From positions 1,120,001 to 1,184,000 of the forward strand of contig CAVVLJ010000017.1 of the NCBI GenBank assembly GCA_963749075.1: DNA of 64,000 nt. The letters run 5' to 3'. Of the stretch, positions 20,766-32,597 are shown one piece after another; the first letter of the stretch is position 1; each line of letters opens with the position of its first letter. A program made the translations under genes and the position numbers. The notes beneath the pieces are model-generated. The model was not told the origin of the DNA, did not search any database, and saw only the letters and a list, made by a program, of their open reading frames with translations. Source of the DNA: an uncultured Pseudomonadota bacterium. Lineage in GTDB: Bacteria > Pseudomonadota > Alphaproteobacteria > JACZXZ01.

Positions 20766-21694
20766 GCCGGGAGGAGCGCAAGGCGATGATCACGCCCGGC
20801 CACCCCGGCTTGAGCTTGAGCCGCCAATGCCGGCTTCTCGCGATCAGCCGCTCGTCGTTCTATTGCGCCCCCCGGGGCGAGAGCCCGGAGAACCTGGCGC
20901 TGATGCGCCGCATCGACGAGCTGTTTCTGCGCTGCCCCTTCTACGGCAGCCGGCAAATGGTGCGCCAGTTGCGGCGGGAGGATATCGCGGCCGGCCGCCA
21001 CCGGGTCCGGCGGCTGATGCGCCTCATGGGCCTGGCGGCGATCTACCAGGCGCCGAGAACCAGCACGCCGCACCCGGGGCACCGGGTCTATCCCTATCTG
21101 CTGCGGGACGTGGCGGTGGAGCGTCCCGATCAGGTCTGGTGCGCCGACATCACCTACATCCCGGTGCGGCGCGGCTTCCTCTATCTGGTCGCGATCATGG
21201 ACTGGGCGACGCGCCACGTCCTGGCATGGCGGCTGTCGAACACCATGGATGCCGGGTTCTGCATCGCGGCGCTGAACGAGGCGCTGGCCGACTACGGCCG
21301 GCCCGAGATTTTCAACACCGACCAGGGCAGCCAGTTCACCAGCCTCGACTTCACCGGCGTGCTCAAGGACGCGGAGATCGCGATCTCGATGGACGGGCGG
21401 GGGCGGTGCCTGGACAACATCTTCATCGAGCGCCTCTGGCGCTCGCTAAAATACGAGGCCGTCTACCTGCACGAGATGACGGATGGCTTCGCGGCCGAGC
21501 GTGTCATCGGCGAATGGATCGCCTTCTACAACACCGAGCGGCCGCACTCGGCGCTTGACGGCGGCACGCCTGCGGAAGCCTACTCGAGCCGGCGGCCTGT
21601 GGATATGATGGACAAGGCTGACGCCTTGCCCACATCTCCACAGGCCCAACAGCAACAAAAAGCCTTCAACATGATTCGAGTCTTGGCAGCGTGA
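20762..21694 (+). CDS. IS3 transposase OrfB (DDE)
   Basis: WCADITY, NTDQGSQF, DNIFIERLWRSLKYE, YNTERPHSAL. Confidence 0.94.
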   Translation: MSREERKAMITPGHPGLSLSRQCRLLAISRSSFYCAPRGESPENLALMRRIDELFLRCPFYGSRQMVRQLRREDIAAGRHRVRRLMRLMGLAAIYQAPRTSTPHPGHRVYPYLLRDVAVERPDQVWCADITYIPVRRGFLYLVAIMDWATRHVLAWRLSNTMDAGFCIAALNEALADYGRPEIFNTDQGSQFTSLDFTGVLKDAEIAISMDGRGRCLDNIFIERLWRSLKYEAVYLHEMTDGFAAERVIGEWIAFYNTERPHSALDGGTPAEAYSSRRPVDMMDKADALPTSPQAQQQQKAFNMIRVLAA

Positions 21695-21838
21695 TCAGCA
21701 TCCGGAATACACCTTAAATCCGCTGCCACCTGTCCAAACAACCAGGACCAGCTCATACCTCCCGCTGTACGTCGCTGAATTCCAGTTCCGGTATAACAAC
21801 CGTGGAAACGAGAACGTTTTCGGAGAAGCGATCAAGGG

Positions 21839-22648
21839 ATGCTAGACATCTGCCGCAAATACGGCCCGACTTGCATTGTTCTTCTGTGCGGAGCCCTCGT
21901 ATCATGGGCCTTTGTTTCCTTTGCGTACTGCGAGGGTAATTACGATCAAGCCGCCAACTACGACCCCTATAAAAATCAAACCATCTTCGATACTTGCTTT
22001 GCTCGGGGACCTATAGCTGCTGCTGGGCGGCTCGGTATTTTTCTCAGCCACCACAAGGAAGCATTTTTTGCAGCCATCACTACCTTGGCAACCGTCGCTA
22101 TCGCCGTATTCACTTACACGCTCTACAGTGCCACCACTGAACAAGCTCGCCTGACTAGGAAGGCACTCAAGGTTGCTCGCGACGAATTCACTTCCAGCCA
22201 TCGCCCTCGCATCATTTTGAGAGACGTTCACTTGCTTCCGACTGAACAGGGACACGAGATTATTTTCATGCTCGTAAATACTGGGGGGACGCCCGCAACT
22301 ATTGTAGAAAGCTGGATCATTATTGAGTTTATACAACCAGGTAACCCCATAAGAAATCCACGATCCTACGGGCACAATGATCTCGGGCGGATCGTTTTCG
22401 CCGCCGGAGAAATGAAAGATTTGACCTATCAGGCCCCTCCCGATGTTGGCCTTCATATAGCTTTTCGTTCCGCTGCTGGCGCGGCGAGCATCGATCAATC
22501 GAAAGCTTGGCACCTCGATTTTGCGGGAGCCATTCTCTATTCTGACGACGCTGGGAATTGTCGGCGAAGCGTCTTCCGACGCCGGTGGGATTTTAATAGA
22601 CAAGCCTTTTGCCGAGTCGATGACCCCGATCAAGAGTATGCCGATTAA
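21839..22648 (+). CDS. IS1595 passenger: hypothetical membrane-anchored protein
   Basis: Low-GC ORF inside the TIRs, overlapping the transposase stop; two hydrophobic segments then a beta-rich domain. Confidence 0.7.
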   Translation: MLDICRKYGPTCIVLLCGALVSWAFVSFAYCEGNYDQAANYDPYKNQTIFDTCFARGPIAAAGRLGIFLSHHKEAFFAAITTLATVAIAVFTYTLYSATTEQARLTRKALKVARDEFTSSHRPRIILRDVHLLPTEQGHEIIFMLVNTGGTPATIVESWIIIEFIQPGNPIRNPRSYGHNDLGRIVFAAGEMKDLTYQAPPDVGLHIAFRSAAGAASIDQSKAWHLDFAGAILYSDDAGNCRRSVFRRRWDFNRQAFCRVDDPDQEYAD

Positions 22649-22759
22649 GACAAGCCCGGCGGATGCCCGTCGCAACCCTCCAAGAGGGCGCCCTAGCGCT
22701 GTCAAGCGGGGGATAATCGCCCTCAGGATGAGGCCCCAGCTCGGTGCCGGGGGCAATGG

Positions 22760-22888
22760 CTAAACGCGCCCGTGGCAGTGCTTGTGCTTCTTGCCGGAGC
22801 CGCAGGGGCAGGGGCAGGGGGCGTTGCGCGGCACCTTGCCCCAGCCGGCGCTGTCGTTGGCGTTGACCCAGCGGCCGGTCGCCTCGTC
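22760..22888 (-). pseudogene. Diverged duplicate of the secA 3' end (SEC-C motif)
   Basis: Encodes [42 protein letters not shown], versus sec[41 protein letters not shown]. Confidence 0.88.
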
Positions 22889-23251
22889 CTACTTAACCCT
22901 TTGAAGCTTCATCCAGGCCTTGCCGCAATTGGCCGTGTTCCAAGGTTCACTTTGAAACGTATCGCCGGTAAATTGGCCAGTCATGACAACATTAGCCGCG
23001 AACGAACCTCGAAAGCTTCCGTTATCAGAAATTGATCCCGCGACATTATATTTTCTCGTGCCGCCACCCTCTGCGTAACCCGTCATTTGATTGTCTGCGA
23101 TGTGGACCCTGACCTTGTCCATGTTGCCGCACCGCTCGGTGTATGACATTACTCCCTCCCAATCTCCGTCAAAGGGGCCAGCGGAGTAAGCCGTGCCGCC
23201 CGTCAAGCACCCAATAGCGACGATCAGCGCAACGTTTAATGAGTACCTCAT
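22889..23251 (-). CDS. Small secreted hypothetical protein (beta-rich, two Cys in mature part)
   Basis: Signal peptide then AGPFDGDWEG; lower GC; lies between secA and its duplicated 3' end. Confidence 0.7.
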   Translation of the reverse strand: MRYSLNVALIVAIGCLTGGTAYSAGPFDGDWEGVMSYTERCGNMDKVRVHIADNQMTGYAEGGGTRKYNVAGSISDNGSFRGSFAANVVMTGQFTGDTFQSEPWNTANCGKAWMKLQRVK

Positions 23252-23432
23252 CGGACCACCCCCCGGGAACGATGCCTATGAGGCCGATAATTTACACTAT
23301 TGCGAGTACCACGGCTATGCGTCCTTAGCTATCTGTTTGTCGAATAAAACCCAATAGGCGCTCCTCCCGCTTCTCAACGGCCGCGCGCATCTCCGGCGGG
23401 AACGAGTACCGTGTACACGGAGTCAATGGCGC

Positions 23433-23465
23433 TTCTGTCGTCCGTCGTCCGTCGTCTGTCGTCCG
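23433..23465 (-). repeat. Heptamer tandem repeat (GACRGAC on the minus strand) just downstream of the secA stop
   Basis: TTCTGTC GTCCGTC GTCCGTC GTCTGTC GTCCG. Confidence 0.6.
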
Positions 23466-23470
23466 GGTCG

Positions 23471-26257
<2,787 letters not shown>

Positions 26258-26604
26258 GGAGCGGTCCTCGAAGGCGAACGGACGGAGCCGGCACCGCTGC
26301 GGTGCCGGCCCGCAGCACAGATAGGGGGTGCTGCCGGAGCTGTCAATGTCCTGGGCGGCGCCCATGGCGAAGACGAGGCGGGCTCGCGGCAACGCAAGCG
26401 ACGCGCCGCTGCGGCGTACTTCATGGGCGGCCGCAGCGCTCGGCGCGGGACGCCGGCCCCGGCTTCTCCAAGTCAAGCTTCTCTTGTGCCTGGGAGCGCT
26501 TTGTGCATTATCGAGCCGCCTTTTCCGGCATCCCGGGCACCGCGGCGGACGGCGGGGTGCCCAGGCGAGCAGCCTCTCTCCCGCCGTCCGTCGAGAGGTA
26601 CTTC

Positions 26605-27519
26605 ATGTCATCCCATCCCGCCGCTGCGATCCTCGCGGCCGCCGTCCTCGGGGCGATTTCACTCGCGTTGCCGGCTTCGGCGGCCGAGACGCCGAGCGCC
26701 CCGGCAGCCGCGGGCCAGCCGGCGGCTGGCGACCCGGTCGTGGCGACCGTGAACGGCGTTGCGATCCACCGCTCGGATGTCGAGACGGCGCGCAAGGACC
26801 TGCCGCAGCAGTATCAATCCTTCCCCTTCGAGGTGGTCTATCCCGCCCTCCTCGAGCGCCTCATCGACGGCAAGCTCCTGGTGTCGGCGGGCCGCGCCGA
26901 GGGGCTGGCGAACGACGCGGAGGTCAAGGAGCGCCTGGCGCGGCTCGAGGACCAGGTCATCCAGAGCGTCTATCTCACCCGCGCCATCAAGGCCAAGCTC
27001 AGCGACGACGTGCTCAAGAAGCGCTACGAGGAGTACGTCAAGCAGAACCCGCCCGAACCCGAGGTGCACGCCCGCCACATCCTCGTGAAGAGCGAGGACG
27101 AGGCCAAGGAGATCATCAAGGAGCTCAAGGGCGGTGCGGACTTCGCCGAGCTCGCGAAGAAGAAGTCGACCGGCCCCTCCGCCGCACAGGGCGGCGACCT
27201 CGGCTTCATCAAGCGCGGCGACGTGGTGCCCGAGTTCGCCGACGCGGCCTTGGCGCTCAAGCCCGGCCAGTTCACAGAGGTGCCGGTCAAGACCCAGTTC
27301 GGCTGGCACGTCATCAAGGTCGAGGAGGTGCGCCAGTCGAGCCCGCCCGCCTTCGCGGAGGCCAAGGAGGACATCGAGCGCGAGGCGAGCCGCGACATGA
27401 TCACCGAGGTGGTGAACGGCCTGCGCGAGAAGGCCAAGATCGAGCGCTTCAACGCCGACGGCTCGGCCAAGAGCGAGGGCAGTGCCGCACCCGCGGGCGG
27501 CGAGCAGAAGAAGCCCTGA
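26605..27519 (+). CDS. PpiC/PrsA-type peptidyl-prolyl isomerase
   Basis: Signal peptide; VHARHILV, GGDLGF, PVKTQFGWHVIK. Confidence 0.92.
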   Translation: MSSHPAAAILAAAVLGAISLALPASAAETPSAPAAAGQPAAGDPVVATVNGVAIHRSDVETARKDLPQQYQSFPFEVVYPALLERLIDGKLLVSAGRAEGLANDAEVKERLARLEDQVIQSVYLTRAIKAKLSDDVLKKRYEEYVKQNPPEPEVHARHILVKSEDEAKEIIKELKGGADFAELAKKKSTGPSAAQGGDLGFIKRGDVVPEFADAALALKPGQFTEVPVKTQFGWHVIKVEEVRQSSPPAFAEAKEDIEREASRDMITEVVNGLREKAKIERFNADGSAKSEGSAAPAGGEQKKP

Positions 27520-27594
27520 TTGGCACCCCCGGCAGCCGCGGGCGCCGCTGGCGCCGGGCGGGCAATAGGCTTCTGACGCACTCTTGAGGACAGC

Positions 27595-28824
27595 ATGGCC
27601 GAGCGCTCTCCCCTGGCTCCCGCACGCTTCCCCGAGCTGCCGCCGCTCGCCGGTATCACGCTTGCCGCCGCGGCCGCGGGCGTGCGCTACAGCGGGCGCA
27701 ACGACGTGCTCATGGCCGAGCTCGAGCCGGGCAGCACGGTCGCCGCGGTCTTCACGCGCTCGGCAACGGCGTCCGCCCCCGTCGATTGGTGCCGGCGCGC
27801 GGTCAAGGGCGGGCGCATCCGCGCCATCGTCGCCAATTCGGGCAACGCCAATGCCTTCACCGGCCGGAGCGGCAGTGCCGCGGTCGAGCGCACCGTCGAG
27901 GCGGCGGCCGGCCTCATCGGCTGCGCCCGCGAGGAGGTCCTGGTGGCCTCCACGGGGGTCATCGGCGAGCCGCTGCCGGACGAGCGCATCCGCGCGGTGC
28001 TTGCCGCGTGCCGCGCCGCGGGCTCGCCGGCCGCCTGGCTCGACGGCGCCCAGGCGATCATGACCACCGACACCTTCCCCAAGGGGTCAACGCGCAGCGC
28101 CGCGATCAACGGCACCGCCGTCACCATCAACGGCATCGCCAAGGGCTCCGGCATGATCGCGCCGGACATGGCGACCCTGCTCGCCTTCGTCTTCACCGAC
28201 GCGGCCATCCCGGCGGGAGTCCTGCAGGCGCTCCTCGCCCGGGCCAACGAGCGCTCCTTCAACTGCATCACCGTCGACGGCGACACCTCGACGAGCGACA
28301 CGCTCATCCTGGCGGCGAGCGGCAAGGCCGGGAACGCGCCGCCCGCGGGAGCCGGCGACCCGGCGCTCAGGTCCTTCGGCCGCGCCCTCGAGAGCCTTCT
28401 CGTCGATCTCGCCCAGCAGGTCGTGCGCGACGGCGAGGGGGCGCGGAAGCTCATCACCGTCAAGGTCTCAGGTGCGGCCTCCGCGCGCGCGGCGCGGCGC
28501 ATCGGCCTCGCCATCGCCAACTCGCCGCTCGTCAAGACCGCGGTCGCCGGGGAGGACGCCAATTGGGGCCGCATCGTCATGGCGGTCGGCAAGGCCGGCG
28601 AGAAGGCCGACCGCGACCGCCTGGCGATCGCCATCGGCGGCATCGCGGTCGCCGCGGGCGGCGTGCGCGTCGAGAACTACGACGAGGCGCCCGTGGCCGC
28701 CCACATGAAGGGCCAGGACATCCTCTTCGAGGTCGACGTGGGCGTCGGCCGCGGCCGCGCCACGGTGTGGAGCTGCGACCTCACCGAGGGCTACATCCGC
28801 ATCAACGCGAGCTATCGCAGCTAG
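27595..28824 (+). CDS. argJ: Bifunctional glutamate N-acetyltransferase / amino-acid acetyltransferase
   Basis: NSGNANAFTG, IMTTDT, KGSGMIAPDMAT, DGEGARK, NWGRI. Confidence 0.96.
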   Translation: MAERSPLAPARFPELPPLAGITLAAAAAGVRYSGRNDVLMAELEPGSTVAAVFTRSATASAPVDWCRRAVKGGRIRAIVANSGNANAFTGRSGSAAVERTVEAAAGLIGCAREEVLVASTGVIGEPLPDERIRAVLAACRAAGSPAAWLDGAQAIMTTDTFPKGSTRSAAINGTAVTINGIAKGSGMIAPDMATLLAFVFTDAAIPAGVLQALLARANERSFNCITVDGDTSTSDTLILAASGKAGNAPPAGAGDPALRSFGRALESLLVDLAQQVVRDGEGARKLITVKVSGAASARAARRIGLAIANSPLVKTAVAGEDANWGRIVMAVGKAGEKADRDRLAIAIGGIAVAAGGVRVENYDEAPVAAHMKGQDILFEVDVGVGRGRATVWSCDLTEGYIRINASYRS

Positions 28825-28851
28825 CGGACGGTACTTCCGAGCACGGCCCCA

Positions 28852-29295
28852 ATGACCAGCGGCTGCGCCGACCTCCCCAAGCCCCCTTCCGACCCGCTGC
28901 CGCTCGTGCTCGTGGTGGCGGCGGCACTCGTCGACAGGGACGGCCGCGTGCTCCTCGCCGAGCGGCCGGCGGGGAAGGCGATGGCGGGGCTCTGGGAGTT
29001 TCCCGGCGGCAAGGTCCGCGACGGCGAGGCGCCGGAGGCCGCCCTCGTGCGCGAGCTCATGGAGGAGCTCGGCATCGACACGGCGGAGAGCTGCCTCTCG
29101 CCGCTCGCCTTCGCCTCCCACCGCTACGAGCGCTTCCACCTCCTCATGCCGCTCTACGTCTGCCGGGTGTGGAAGGGCATCGCGCGCGCGCGCGAGGGCC
29201 AGCGCCTCAAATGGGTGCGCCCCGCAGCACTCCGCGACTACCCCATGCCGCCCGCCGACGCGCCGCTCATCCCGGTGCTGCAGGATCTGCTGTAG
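28852..29295 (+). CDS. mutT: 8-oxo-dGTP diphosphatase (Nudix)
   Basis: WEFPGGK..GEAPEAALVRELMEELGI Nudix box; argJ-mutT synteny. Confidence 0.9.
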   Translation: MTSGCADLPKPPSDPLPLVLVVAAALVDRDGRVLLAERPAGKAMAGLWEFPGGKVRDGEAPEAALVRELMEELGIDTAESCLSPLAFASHRYERFHLLMPLYVCRVWKGIARAREGQRLKWVRPAALRDYPMPPADAPLIPVLQDLL

Positions 29296-29352
29296 GGCAC
29301 GTGGAGGTTCGCTCCATGGCGCTTGCGCGGCAACCTCGGCGGCAGGGCCTCC

Positions 29353-29676
29353 TCAGCGCGCCTTGAGGGTCTCGATATAGGCGAGGATGTCCTCGATCTG
29401 GCGGCGGTCGAGCTCGAGCGGCGGCATCGGCTCGTGCGGCCTGGCAAGGAAGGCGCGCAGATAGTCCGGCGTCTTGTCCGGGTCGCGGGCGAGCTCCCGG
29501 AAGGTGGGAATGCCTTGCACGGCCTGCTTCTCGCCCTTGAGGAGATGACAGTCCGAGCACCAGCGCTGGGCGAGCGCCAAGCCCTTTGCGGCTTCGCCGT
29601 GGTAGGCGGCCTGCTGGCCGAGGGCCGGCAGCGGCGCGAGCAGGCCCGCTATGAGGAGGAGTGCGATCTTTTTCAT
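29353..29676 (-). CDS. Small periplasmic c-type cytochrome
   Basis: Signal peptide, CSDCH heme motif, PHEPMP axial Met. Confidence 0.85.
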   Translation of the reverse strand: MKKIALLLIAGLLAPLPALGQQAAYHGEAAKGLALAQRWCSDCHLLKGEKQAVQGIPTFRELARDPDKTPDYLRAFLARPHEPMPPLELDRRQIEDILAYIETLKAR

Positions 29677-29762
29677 GCGCGCCTCGCCGATCATGCGCCG
29701 CGACGGTGCGTCCGGGCGGAACCCAAGCTATCGGCGGCGGCCGCGGCGGGCAATGAGCTATG

Positions 29763-30686
29763 TCAAGAACCGGCTCGGCGCGGCGAGGCCTTGTCGCCGG
29801 CCGGGTGCTCCTCGCTGTCGAGCGCCGCGGCGAGGCGCGCCGCGGCACTTCCCGGCTTGAGCGGTTGCTGTTGCGACCCGTGGGGCGCCCAACCGGTGAG
29901 ATAGAGCACCTCGAAGCTCGCAGGGACGCGGCCGTCGGCCTGGGCGAAGCGCTCGGCGTAGATCGCCGCGGCGCGCAGGAGCGTGGTGCGCCGGCTGAAG
30001 CCGCGCCTCAAGCCCGCCACCGCATTCGTCTCGCCCATGCCGCGCAGATCGCGCATCAGCGCCAGCGCCGTCCCGTAGGTCACCGTGATGAGGTCGCGGT
30101 CGACGACGGGGAGGGCGAAGCCGGCGCGCTGCAGGAGCGAGCCGGCGTCGCGCACGTCGGCAAAGGGCGAGACGCGCGGGCCGGCGCCGCCCTCGATCTC
30201 GGCCTCGGCCTCGAGGAGTGCCACGCGCAGCTCGCGGAGCGTCTCGCCGCCGAGGAGGGCGGCCAGGAAGAGCCCGTCGGGCCTGAGCGCGCGGCGGATC
30301 TGGATGAGCGCCCCGGGCAGGTCGTTGACCCAATGGAGGGAGAGGTTGCTGATGACGAGATCGAGACTGCCTTGGGCGAAGGGCAGCGCCTCTTCGTCGG
30401 CGGCGACGGCGGGCCCGCTCGCGCCGCGCAGCAAGGCCGGCGAGAGGTCGCTCGCCACGAGACGCTCGATGCCGCCGCGGCCCCGGAGCAGCCGCGCGAG
30501 GGTGCCGCCGCGGCAGCCGAGGTCGAGCGCCAGCGGGAAGCGGTGCTGCGTGTCGTCGAGGCGGTCGACGAGCCGCTCCGCCACCTCGCGCAAGAGGAAG
30601 TCGTGCTCCCCGAGCCTCCCCACCGCGCGCTCGCGGTGGAGGCGCACGAGCCGGCGGTCGAAGACCTCTATGGCCCCGTCGCTCAT
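29763..30686 (-). CDS. Class I SAM methyltransferase (BioC/NDUFAF5-like)
   Basis: FDRRL, LDLGCRGG, LSLHWVNDLPG, LYLTGWAPH..QQ.PLKPGSA. Confidence 0.88.
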   Translation of the reverse strand: MSDGAIEVFDRRLVRLHRERAVGRLGEHDFLLREVAERLVDRLDDTQHRFPLALDLGCRGGTLARLLRGRGGIERLVASDLSPALLRGASGPAVAADEEALPFAQGSLDLVISNLSLHWVNDLPGALIQIRRALRPDGLFLAALLGGETLRELRVALLEAEAEIEGGAGPRVSPFADVRDAGSLLQRAGFALPVVDRDLITVTYGTALALMRDLRGMGETNAVAGLRRGFSRRTTLLRAAAIYAERFAQADGRVPASFEVLYLTGWAPHGSQQQPLKPGSAAARLAAALDSEEHPAGDKASPRRAGS

Positions 30687-30768
30687 GGCCCCTATATGGC
30701 ACGGGACACGGCGGCGGACCATGGCCGCGCATTGACAGCGCGCTCCAGCACCGCTTTGATGGCCGGCG

Positions 30769-31539
30769 ATGCTCGAGAGCTTCGAGAGCCTCGCGGGAGC
30801 AAGGTTGCGGCGCTGGGGTGCGCTAGCGCTCAATGCCGTGCTGCCGGCGCGCTGCCTCTCCTGCGGCGTCGTGGTGGATGCGCCGGGGACGCTCTGCCCG
30901 CCGTGCTGGCGCGCCATCGACTTCCTCGCCCCGCCCTTCTGCGCCTGCTGCGGCATGCCCTTCGAGGTCGATCCGGGGGAGGCAGCGCTCTGCACCGGCT
31001 GCCTCGACCGGCCGCCCGACTTCGCGCGGGCGCGCGCGGTCTTCCGCTACGGCGAGGAGAGCCGCCGGCTCATCCTCGGCTTCAAGCACGGCGACCGGCT
31101 GCACGGCACAAAAGCCTATGCCGCCTGGATGGCCCGCGCCGGCGCCGAGCTCGTCGCGGACGCGGCCGTCATCGCCCCGGTGCCGCTCCATTGGACGCGG
31201 CTCTTCGCGCGGCGCTACAACCAGGCGGCCCTTCTCGCCAATGCGCTGGCGCGCTCGGCAGGGATCGAGGCGGTGCCCGACCTCCTGGTGCGGAAGCGCC
31301 GCACCCCCTCGCAAGGCCGCCTCAATGCCGCCGAGCGGCGGCGCAACGTGCGCGGCGCCTTCGCGGTCCGGGCGAGTGCCGCACCGCGCATAGCAGGCAG
31401 ACGCGTGCTCCTCATAGACGACGTCTATACGACCGGCGCCACCGCGGGCGCCTGCGCGCGGTCGCTTCTCGCGGCGGGAGCCTCGGCGGTCGACGTGCTG
31501 ACGCTCGCCCGCGTGGTGCGGCCGCAAGCTCGGGCATGA
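30769..31539 (+). CDS. comF: ComF family phosphoribosyltransferase-like protein
   Basis: Double Zn ribbon, PVPLHW.R..RRYNQ, LLIDDVYTTGAT. Confidence 0.92.
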   Translation: MLESFESLAGARLRRWGALALNAVLPARCLSCGVVVDAPGTLCPPCWRAIDFLAPPFCACCGMPFEVDPGEAALCTGCLDRPPDFARARAVFRYGEESRRLILGFKHGDRLHGTKAYAAWMARAGAELVADAAVIAPVPLHWTRLFARRYNQAALLANALARSAGIEAVPDLLVRKRRTPSQGRLNAAERRRNVRGAFAVRASAAPRIAGRRVLLIDDVYTTGATAGACARSLLAAGASAVDVLTLARVVRPQARA

Positions 31540-31663
31540 GGCACGGGCAATGAGGCAAGGGCCGGCTGACGCGGCGGTAGTGGGTAAGTTTGAATTTAGG
31601 CAGCTTTCATCGGGCCGCCGCCCCCAGTGGGAGAGGGAAAATCAACCCTGGGGCATGGAGGTA

Positions 31664-32287
31664 CTAGAGCACAATGTCGGCGTGCTGCCTTAGCTCGGCG
31701 CGGACATTATGGCCAAGAGGCTCCAAAATCACTTTAATGCCCTCGCGACGAACGAATTTGAATGCAGGCACAAAATCGGAATCACCTGTTACCACGATGA
31801 CAGCGCGAACAAGTGCTCTCAGCGCAAGACGGGCCATATCCATCCCAACACGCATATCGACGCCCTTTTGTGATAGGTCGAGTTCAAAATCTGAATCCGT
31901 CAGCGGTCTGTGCGCATGGACGAGTTCTTTCGCAATTCTCGGCTTAATGCGCCATTTGTTCGGGGATAGCCGAACGTCGCCCATTCTCAGTGCAAAATTC
32001 GGTTTCAATATGAGCTGATCGTAAAGGCTTTGTGACATACGAAAGCGCGGCGACGCGCCCAAATTCAGATCGGCACGGCTAACTGGCTGCATAACCTTTT
32101 GTGCGGAAGGAAAGGCATCATAATAGTAGATTCTGAGGAGTTCATAATCTGCGATGTGAGGAATCGACTTTAGCCGCTCACACTCGGCCACAATATCGTC
32201 CGCGGTTGGGTGGCGATTGTGCTTCTGGTAAAGCTTTTTTGTCAAAAAGCCGCCATCCAGCAGAATGGCATAAAGCGGCTGGAACAC
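31664..32287 (-). CDS. NYN (LabA/DUF88, PIN-like) domain ribonuclease
   Basis: ILLDGGF, RIYYYDA, QKGVDMRVGMD, VTGDSDFVPA catalytic Asp motifs. Confidence 0.9.
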   Translation of the reverse strand: MFQPLYAILLDGGFLTKKLYQKHNRHPTADDIVAECERLKSIPHIADYELLRIYYYDAFPSAQKVMQPVSRADLNLGASPRFRMSQSLYDQLILKPNFALRMGDVRLSPNKWRIKPRIAKELVHAHRPLTDSDFELDLSQKGVDMRVGMDMARLALRALVRAVIVVTGDSDFVPAFKFVRREGIKVILEPLGHNVRAELRQHADIVL

Positions 32288-32304
32288 TGCTATTGGTGCC
32301 CCCT

Positions 32305-32382
32305 AAAAAGACGGAGCCGGCGCACCCCAAGCGCCGAAGCGCACCGCTTCGCGGTCTGTCGGATGGGCCGGCTCACTCGTCT
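32305..32382 (-). ncRNA. Candidate structured RNA leader upstream of the NYN gene
   Basis: Sense strand AGACG-GAGCCGGC...GCCGGCTC-CGTCT-UUUU enclosing hairpins ACCGC-GAA-GCGGU and GCGC-UUCG-GCGC. Confidence 0.5.
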
Positions 32383-32597
32383 ATCTTAGTGCCCGAAATA
32401 CGGCTCAACACCGCTGGGCTTACACACACATATAGCGGCAAACCGTCGATTCTTCAACACAAATAAATAGTTTCACGTGAAACATTTGAACGATGAGCAA
32501 AACAAAACGTTCGTCGCCATGTTTCTCTCGGTTGACAAACAAACACGGACTCGCTATATGAAACCTTTCGGGCGGCGGACGCCCAAAGAGGTGTACT

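Larger units (their letters stand above)
20417..21755 (+). mobile_element. IS3-family insertion sequence (1339 bp)
   Basis: TG...CA ends, 14-bp perfect TIR TGAGCTGGTCCTGG, 3-bp TSD TAC (20414-16 / 21756-58). Confidence 0.95.
19595..21845 (+). pseudogene. IS1595 transposase split by IS3 (19595-20416 + 21756-21845)
   Basis: Zn ribbon CPRC..CEAC, VEVDETFIGG, TDEW, HTNTIECFWS; after the IS3 it resumes YLPLYVAEFQFRYNNR. Confidence 0.9.
19523..22721 (+). mobile_element. IS1595-family element with a passenger gene, interrupted by an IS3
   Basis: 23-bp TIRs GGCGATTATCCCCCACTTGACAG / CTGTCAAGCGGGGGATAATCGCC (22/23); 8-bp TSD CTCAGGAT at 19515-19522 and 22722-22729. Confidence 0.93.
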
